A DNA stretch of 15,237 nt from Paraspadella gotoi (Eukaryota; Animalia; Chaetognatha): NCBI GenBank assembly GCA_051294375.1, contig JBJCIZ010001073.1, positions 1 through 15,237 of the forward strand. Reading direction: 5' to 3'. The notes under the pieces are model-generated. The model saw only the letters and a program-made list of their open reading frames with translations, was not told the origin of the DNA and ran no database searches. The position numbers and the translations under genes are program-made. How positions within the stretch are numbered: position 1 is the first letter of the stretch; the number at the start of each line of letters is the position of its first letter. Shown in pieces: positions 9,637 through 15,237 of this stretch.

Positions 9637-10117
9637 AGCATCTCGGGCGTGTGGAATTTAGTCAAGCATCAGCAAACCTGGGAACCATCTGTTATACAAA
9701 CGTCAGAGTGGTAATAATTTAAATCTCCAGAATTAATGATCGATTCTTATTATATTTATATAACGAGACATTTACTCATCTAAAGACGCCTCCTTTTCTC
9801 TTCTTTATTATTTCCAGTGTGGCACGCCAACATGAAACGCATGAGCTTCAACGTCTCCATCCCTTATCTCCAAATCGGTTCGACGAAAGTCAGGGATCTT
9901 CCAAGCTTTCGGGCGTTCGCGATGGTCATCGAAACATCGAGCCAAAGCGCTTCTTACGTCCTCGTTAAAGTGTTCCCCTCTTTATGACCTAAATTGCTTT
10001 AGCGATTTACCTTTCAGCTTGAAAATTTGACATTTAACCTCCGTTTTTTTTTTCCCATTCTTTATACGTAATCGCTATATTTCTTGTTTAAGAGATGGCC
10101 TTAACCCAAAATAGGCC

Positions 10118-10183
10118 TGTGCCAAATGACCATGCTTGTCCAATGTCCATTGACCATTGTTTCCACTGTCCATGTCCAAAGTC
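10118..10183. repeat. Degenerate 6-7 bp tandem repeat (TGTCCA-like)
   Basis: Seen directly: tgtccaatgtccattgaccattgtttccactgtccatgtccaaagtc. Confidence 0.7.
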
Positions 10184-10346
10184 AGGGGAAAAGATGGCAT
10201 ATTATTTAGGTTGTCATCCTTCGATTTTGAAACAAAGGTTTTCGCATCGATCGAGCGGAAACGTACTGGAAGAGGGGTCGTCAAGGAAATCCAAAGCCTC
10301 CAGGCGACATTTTCGCGTCATCCCATTTTGGGTTTGAATTCTCGAC

Positions 10347-10480
10347 GGAGGAGGAAGAGGAAGAGGAGACAGGAGAAAATGGGAGGAAGAGAACAGCTGG
10401 ACAATGTGTTCGATGGTGAGAAGCGAAGGGGGGAAGAAAATGAAGAAGAGAAGAGGCAAGAAGTGAGAGGAGGGGAAAAA
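10347..10480. repeat. GA-rich low-complexity tract
   Basis: Seen directly: GAGGAA/GAAGA units. Confidence 0.65.
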
Positions 10481-11270
10481 AATCAGCAATGTATAAAAAT
10501 TAGAAGCGTTGAAGAAATATAAAAAGAGTATATAGGTGTACCGTAAAAAGAGTTAATGAGACAACGATACCCGAAATGCTTAAATCGGCTGAAATTACTT
10601 TTATTATGAATTTTTTTTTGTTTTTGTTTTTTTGTTAAGATAGTTTTTTATTTACAGACGAAGTAAACATCGTCGATTCGGAGATGGATACGAAACCGAC
10701 GGTCTACGCTGCGTATTTCGCGCGTGTAAATTTAAGGGGACTGTGTCTTTTTTGGGGTCCAGATAAAAAAGTTTGCCAAACTTTGTGAATGAACTCCTCT
10801 GACCTTGGATCTTCTTTGGCAGAAGTCACGCTTCTCTTATCCTTTCACATCACGAAATATTATATTCAGGCTAAACTTACACACATTGCCTTGCCTAAGC
10901 ATAGTGGACTGGATGCTAAAGCCAGAATGACAAAAATATGACGCAAGTTTAAAAGCTTAAAAATAATGCTTACAGTATTTTTCGGCTAGAAAATGTTCAT
11001 AGAGAGAATAAAAATTGAAGCGAATAGGAATAGGAAATGGCGATTGAAATAATAAAAAAAATTATTTTTCAGGAGGTAAAGAAGTTTTAACGTTTACCTG
11101 AGAACATAATATATTAAATAATTCTGGTTGCAAAATAGAAAAACTTTATATTTTGATTGACCCTAACTTTCCTTCCAAAATGTATGAAGAATAAAAGATA
11201 AAAATCTGTACATTTATAAAGTGACTTGTCACAGTGACTTTATTAACTAAAAGAAAAAGAGGGTCGCGCC

Positions 11271-11271
<1 letters not shown>

Positions 11272-11309
<38 letters not shown>
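11272..11309. repeat. Perfect (GA)n microsatellite
   Basis: Seen directly. Confidence 0.97.
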
Positions 11310-11311
<2 letters not shown>

Positions 11312-12470
11312 TTGAAATATTGAAAGCAAAAGTGAGGCTTTAGGCCAGTGTTTAAAACTGCCTTTGAAAGCTACGTTTTTTAGAAATTATTACTCATTTC
11401 ATGAAATTGGTACAACCAATATAAAAATTATCCATTCATTTAATAAATAAGCTATCTTACCCCTGACTTTGGAAAGGTTTAAGGCCTCCATCACTCTTAC
11501 AAGATAATGACATAGCAGGTCCCTGCAAGCTTTCAATCAAGACTCTCTCACAGTCTCGTTTATTCACTCCCAGAGTACCTGGCTCATACAATAACAAACA
11601 GTGAAAGAGCGAGAGGGAGAGAGAGGGAAGTCAATTTTTCGCCCACGAATGGAATCTCGTAAAAGCAGTTGGTTCTCGGAGTCAAGAGGCGACTGCTTCG
11701 CCGAGGAATGGAATCGGAGGCGGAAAGGAGGATCGGGTGAGGAAAAAGGGTTACTTACCTTTTCGTTTAGAGACTAAGACCTTTGTGAAACAATTAATGT
11801 CGAGAAAAACTGAAGTTTGAAATAATCTCCTATGAAATATTTAGACAATATATTAATAGCTAATATTTTTGACTTGTCTTTAGAAAATAGTTCATTAATA
11901 TGAGTCCAGGTTAGTTTTCGATCAATATTGCATCCTAAGAATTGCAACCAGGAATTCCTTCTCCAAACAAATATAGATTAATGTCGTAATCAAAAAGTGA
12001 AGAACGAATTATTAAAATACAGTGTGACCGAAAGCTAAAGTGTTTTTGTGAGTATAAGTCTACAAAAATTTTGACTGCCAACACCCTGGTCATTAATATC
12101 AAATAAAAGAAAGAAAAAAAGAAAAGGTTTATTTATTTCATAATTCATTGTTTTTTTCATAAAAAATTTATTTATTTAAAAAAAAACATACAAGAAAAAA
12201 AAATAGTTTGTTGAGCGGACTGGACATGAGCGCACCAAATTTCGACGAAGACGAAGGCAAAGGCTATGGCGGATTTCGGGAGCCATACGTGTTTCCCCTG
12301 GAGGCACTGTGACCCGCACGTGCTCGGTCTCTTTCTAGCTTTCGTACTATGAATCGAAAATAAAAAATACATCTTAAAAGTAAAGTGATCTCGTCAGATG
12401 TTACTATCAAAGAAAATTACTGAAAAAAATCTGGAAAAAAGAAACAAATTATTGGTATGATAGTAATTTT

Positions 12471-12678
12471 TTATTGATGCAATAATAATGAATTATTGAT
12501 GCGTTGATAACGAATTATTGATGCGATGATAACAAATTATTGATGCGATGTTAACCAATTATTGATGCAATGATAACCAATTATTGATGTGATGATAACA
12601 AATTATAGATGTGATGATGACAAATGATTGATGCAATGATACCAAATTTTTGATGTGATGATAGGGAATCATTGATAG
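12471..12678. repeat. 22-bp minisatellite, about 9 copies, consensus TTATTGATGCGATGATAACAAA
   Basis: Unit starts at 12471, 12493, 12515, 12537, 12559, 12581, 12603, 12625 and 12647: exact 22-bp period with substitutions only. Confidence 0.95.
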
Positions 12679-12710
12679 AAAACGTTTAAAAAATTCAATG
12701 GATCAATAAA

Positions 12711-13010
12711 ATAAAATGAATTTAATGAAATGAATTGAATGAAATGATTTGAATGAAATGAAATGAATTGAATAAAATTAATTAAATTAGTAAAATAAAT
12801 TAAGTGAATTAAATTAATTAAGTGAATAAAATTAATTTAATGAAGAAAATTAATTTAATGAATAAAATTAATTTAATGAATGAATTATATTTGAATTTAA
12901 TTAATTAAAATAAATAAAAAATCTAAATAAACAAAATTGCAATGAATAATTAAATTTAACAGTATGAACTGAATTAAATTGAACGAATTAAATCAATTTA
13001 ATTTAAATAT
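12711..13010. repeat. AT-rich degenerate satellite (GAAAT/GAATT/AATT units, with an 18-bp unit AATAAAATTAATTTAATG x3 near 12826-12880)
   Basis: Seen directly; very few C residues. Confidence 0.85.
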
Positions 13011-13270
13011 GAAACATGTCAATTTAAAAGATCTTGATAATGAAAAGCCATATTTAAATTTTTAACTTCCTATGATGGCATACTTTTATAAATATCAATC
13101 ATAATTTGTAGTAGTTATATAAAAAAATTGTAATCCGTAGCAGCCCCATATATAAACCATAGTAGTTTTTATATAAAAAAAGGTGTGACGACGACGACGG
13201 TCACTAAGAAACAAAAATAAACAAATATCTTGCTCTGACGGGATAAAAACTTGAAGGATTGTAAATGAAT

Positions 13271-13472
13271 CTATGTTAATTTCAGAAGAAAACCTTTCGC
13301 CGCATATTTTTTTCGAGAGTCACGGTAGTTTTTCCTGTAGACACTGCCGTTTTTACGGAGTAGAAGATCCTGGCGTAGGCGGCGGTGTTGAGCATTGGAA
13401 ATGCTCCATCCCAACTTATCCCACAATTTGTATACGTAATGTTCGGTGACCTCCAATGGAGAAACATGGAGA
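13271..13472 (-). CDS. Candidate exon D of orphan gene model (LHVSPLEVTEHYVYKLWDKLGW...KKYAAKGFLLKLT*)
   Basis: GC-richer island, acceptor cgtttttgtag on the minus strand, phase 2 compatible with exon C, ends at TAG. Other frames and the plus strand are partly open too. Confidence 0.3.
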
Positions 13473-13568
13473 CTACAAAAACGATAATGTATAAAGTGTT
13501 AACCAGTTACTGAAGGTTTGGTTCTCAATGATTGCTCAAACTTGTTTCTAATCTATTGATTATCTAAC

Positions 13569-13649
13569 CGATCACCGAGATCCACATCAAGGAGCGCGAG
13601 ATCTGTGTGAATTTGGTATTGAGTTCCTTGAAGAGGATGTGTCTTTGAT
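13569..13649 (-). CDS. Candidate exon C (SKTHPLQGTQYQIHTDLALLDVDLGD)
   Basis: Acceptor tattctgcag, donor CG|GTTAGA, 81 nt, phase 2-2, open frame. Confidence 0.3.
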
Positions 13650-13841
13650 CTGCAGAATAGACAAATATTATTATATGACGATATTAGAATTAAGTGAAAT
13701 TGTTCATTTTGTTTACAGACAACGAATTTGTTTTTATTTTCAAGGAGAAAATTGTACATGTTTCGGCTAATACACTTTAATATACTTTTCAAAAATATTT
13801 TCTCAAAATTAAAAAAGAAATAGTGGGGTATTTAAAGCTAA

Positions 13842-13872
13842 CAAGTGGCTACTTTTTTTGCGCCGCAGTGTA
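13842..13872. mobile_element. Solitary Tc1/mariner-like terminal inverted repeat end followed by TA
   Basis: Reverse complement reads TA|CACTGCGGCGCAAAAAAAGTAGCCACTTG, resembling the C. elegans Tc1 terminus as I recall it (CAGTGCTGGCCAAAAAGATATCCACTTT). No partner end or transposase seen. Confidence 0.45.
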
Positions 13873-14132
13873 TGTTAGCCTTCATCAGCGCAAAATAATA
13901 AGTTGTGTGGGTAGGGAAGTATGTGATTGAGCTGGATATGAAGTTTTGATAAAATCGTCCGAGTGGAAATGAGAGTGAATGGAAAAAAAAAATGACTATT
14001 TGAACGCCAATTACTCATGAGTGGATGGGGCGATATACTAATTACTAATTAGTTAATTAGCTAATGATCGTGGGCAGATCCGACATTATTTGCTCAAACT
14101 TGTTTCAATTTGTCTCATTGTATTATTTTTTT

Positions 14133-14166
14133 AACTTGCATCATTTTTTAAACTTGCATCATTTTT
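14133..14166. repeat. 18-bp-period tandem duplication AACTTGCATCATTTTT x2
   Basis: Identical 16-mers at 14133-14148 and 14151-14166. Confidence 0.85.
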
Positions 14167-14377
14167 CTAAATTATTAAAAATCTTACTATAACAGTAAAC
14201 CTATAAACTTTTTGATAATAAAATAATGTTTACATTGCCAGAAGAGTTTTTGTAATATATTTTGAAAACCATTGAGAGTTTTATTGTAATTTAAAAAAAA
14301 ATGGTCTGCATCTAGGGTCTCACTTCTGTACACAAAATAAGAATATTTATCTCAAATGGCCTCTTTTATTTCAATAC

Positions 14378-14473
14378 CGAAACTCGATAAATCGAGAATT
14401 TGTCGACTCGACTGAATTGGAGGTTATGGCCCCGCCGAGGTCAGGCTCCAAGTACTCCTCACAGCGGGAGACC
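14378..14473 (-). CDS. Candidate exon B (VSRCEEYLEPDLGGAITSNSVESTNSRFIEF)
   Basis: GC-richer island bounded by acceptor tttatatttag and donor CG|GTATTG; 96 nt, phase 2-2, open frame. Confidence 0.33.
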
Positions 14474-14618
14474 CTAAATATAAATTGCATAATTTTTTAT
14501 TTCCTGACCGACAAAGTGAATTATAGAGTCGGAATCTACGATTAGCAGTTCCGACTAAAACTAATTGTTCCTTAATTTCATTTTAAACAATCTTTCATGA
14601 GTTAGGTTATTAACATAC

Positions 14619-14716
14619 ACTTTGAAAACTTCCAACTGGAGTTTCTTCAAGTGGAACTCGCAGGTTAACGAAGGCGGATGCACTTCGCCATATTCCCGAA
14701 GATTGGGACATTCCTC
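14619..14716 (-). CDS. Candidate exon A (EECPNLREYGEVHPPSLTCEFHLKKLQLEVFK)
   Basis: Acceptor ttttttgcgcgtag, donor GT|GTATGT, 98 nt ending in phase 2 and joining exon B in frame. No start codon identified. Confidence 0.3.
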
Positions 14717-15237
14717 CTACGCGCAAAAAAATTTGTTCTTTGTTATTAAATTCATATAATTATCTGAAAATCAAACTTAGCATATTGTAATACATTACAA
14801 TATCAACCAATATAAAGACATTGCGTTTTTTACATTGGTTGAGATCAATATGTGGCAAACGGATGCTCATGGCCACGTTCGTCAAGGTCTCTATTTTCCC
14901 TAGTTCGTTAGAATGTTTAAAATATTTCCCAGAAAAAATCTTTATTTATTTGTTTATAAAGACAGACCTTGATAAAATAATCAAAGCAAAGAATATCTAT
15001 GTCTTAGCAAACAATGGCAATAACCAATAATACAATCAATCAATTAATAAACATTAACAGGTAATATATAATATTTCTTTATATTTTGAAAAGTTTTTGA
15101 GAAGGTTGCATTTTATATCTTGCAATCGCCAATTTGTGGCGACTTTCAAATGATTATTTTTAGGCAAAAAATAAGAAGACGTTTTCATGATCAAATATTT
15201 ACAATGGTTCAAAAACCATGGCAAACAGATAAAGTAA

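Noticed and set aside
11753-11765. Perfect minus-strand donor AAG|GTAAGT
   Set aside because: No convincing exon upstream; an isolated motif is insufficient.

Overview
This is AT-rich eukaryotic genomic DNA, not prokaryotic. Abundant degenerate (AG)n/(CT)n and (CTTT)n tracts, no CpG depletion and short GC-richer islands suggest an invertebrate, plausibly an arthropod or crustacean (inference only). Irregular microsatellites and inflated homopolymers point to an indel-prone long-read consensus. Nearly all listed ORFs are translations of simple repeats, and I recognise no gene family, RNA gene or CRISPR array. Firmly supported features are about ten purine/pyrimidine microsatellite tracts, a 42-bp minisatellite (8799-9305) with frame-preserving 21-bp sub-duplications, a 22-bp minisatellite (12471-12678) and an AT-rich degenerate satellite. 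Tentative features are (i) a minus-strand coding reading of the 42-bp array as acidic peptides separated by RRKR furin-type sites, (ii) a four-exon, phase-consistent minus-strand orphan gene model at 13271-14716, (iii) a solitary Tc1-like terminal repeat end at about 13842-13872, and (iv) a 15-nt exact match to miR-iab-4-5p with no hairpin partner. No novel system can be claimed from sequence alone; the 42-bp array is the best candidate.
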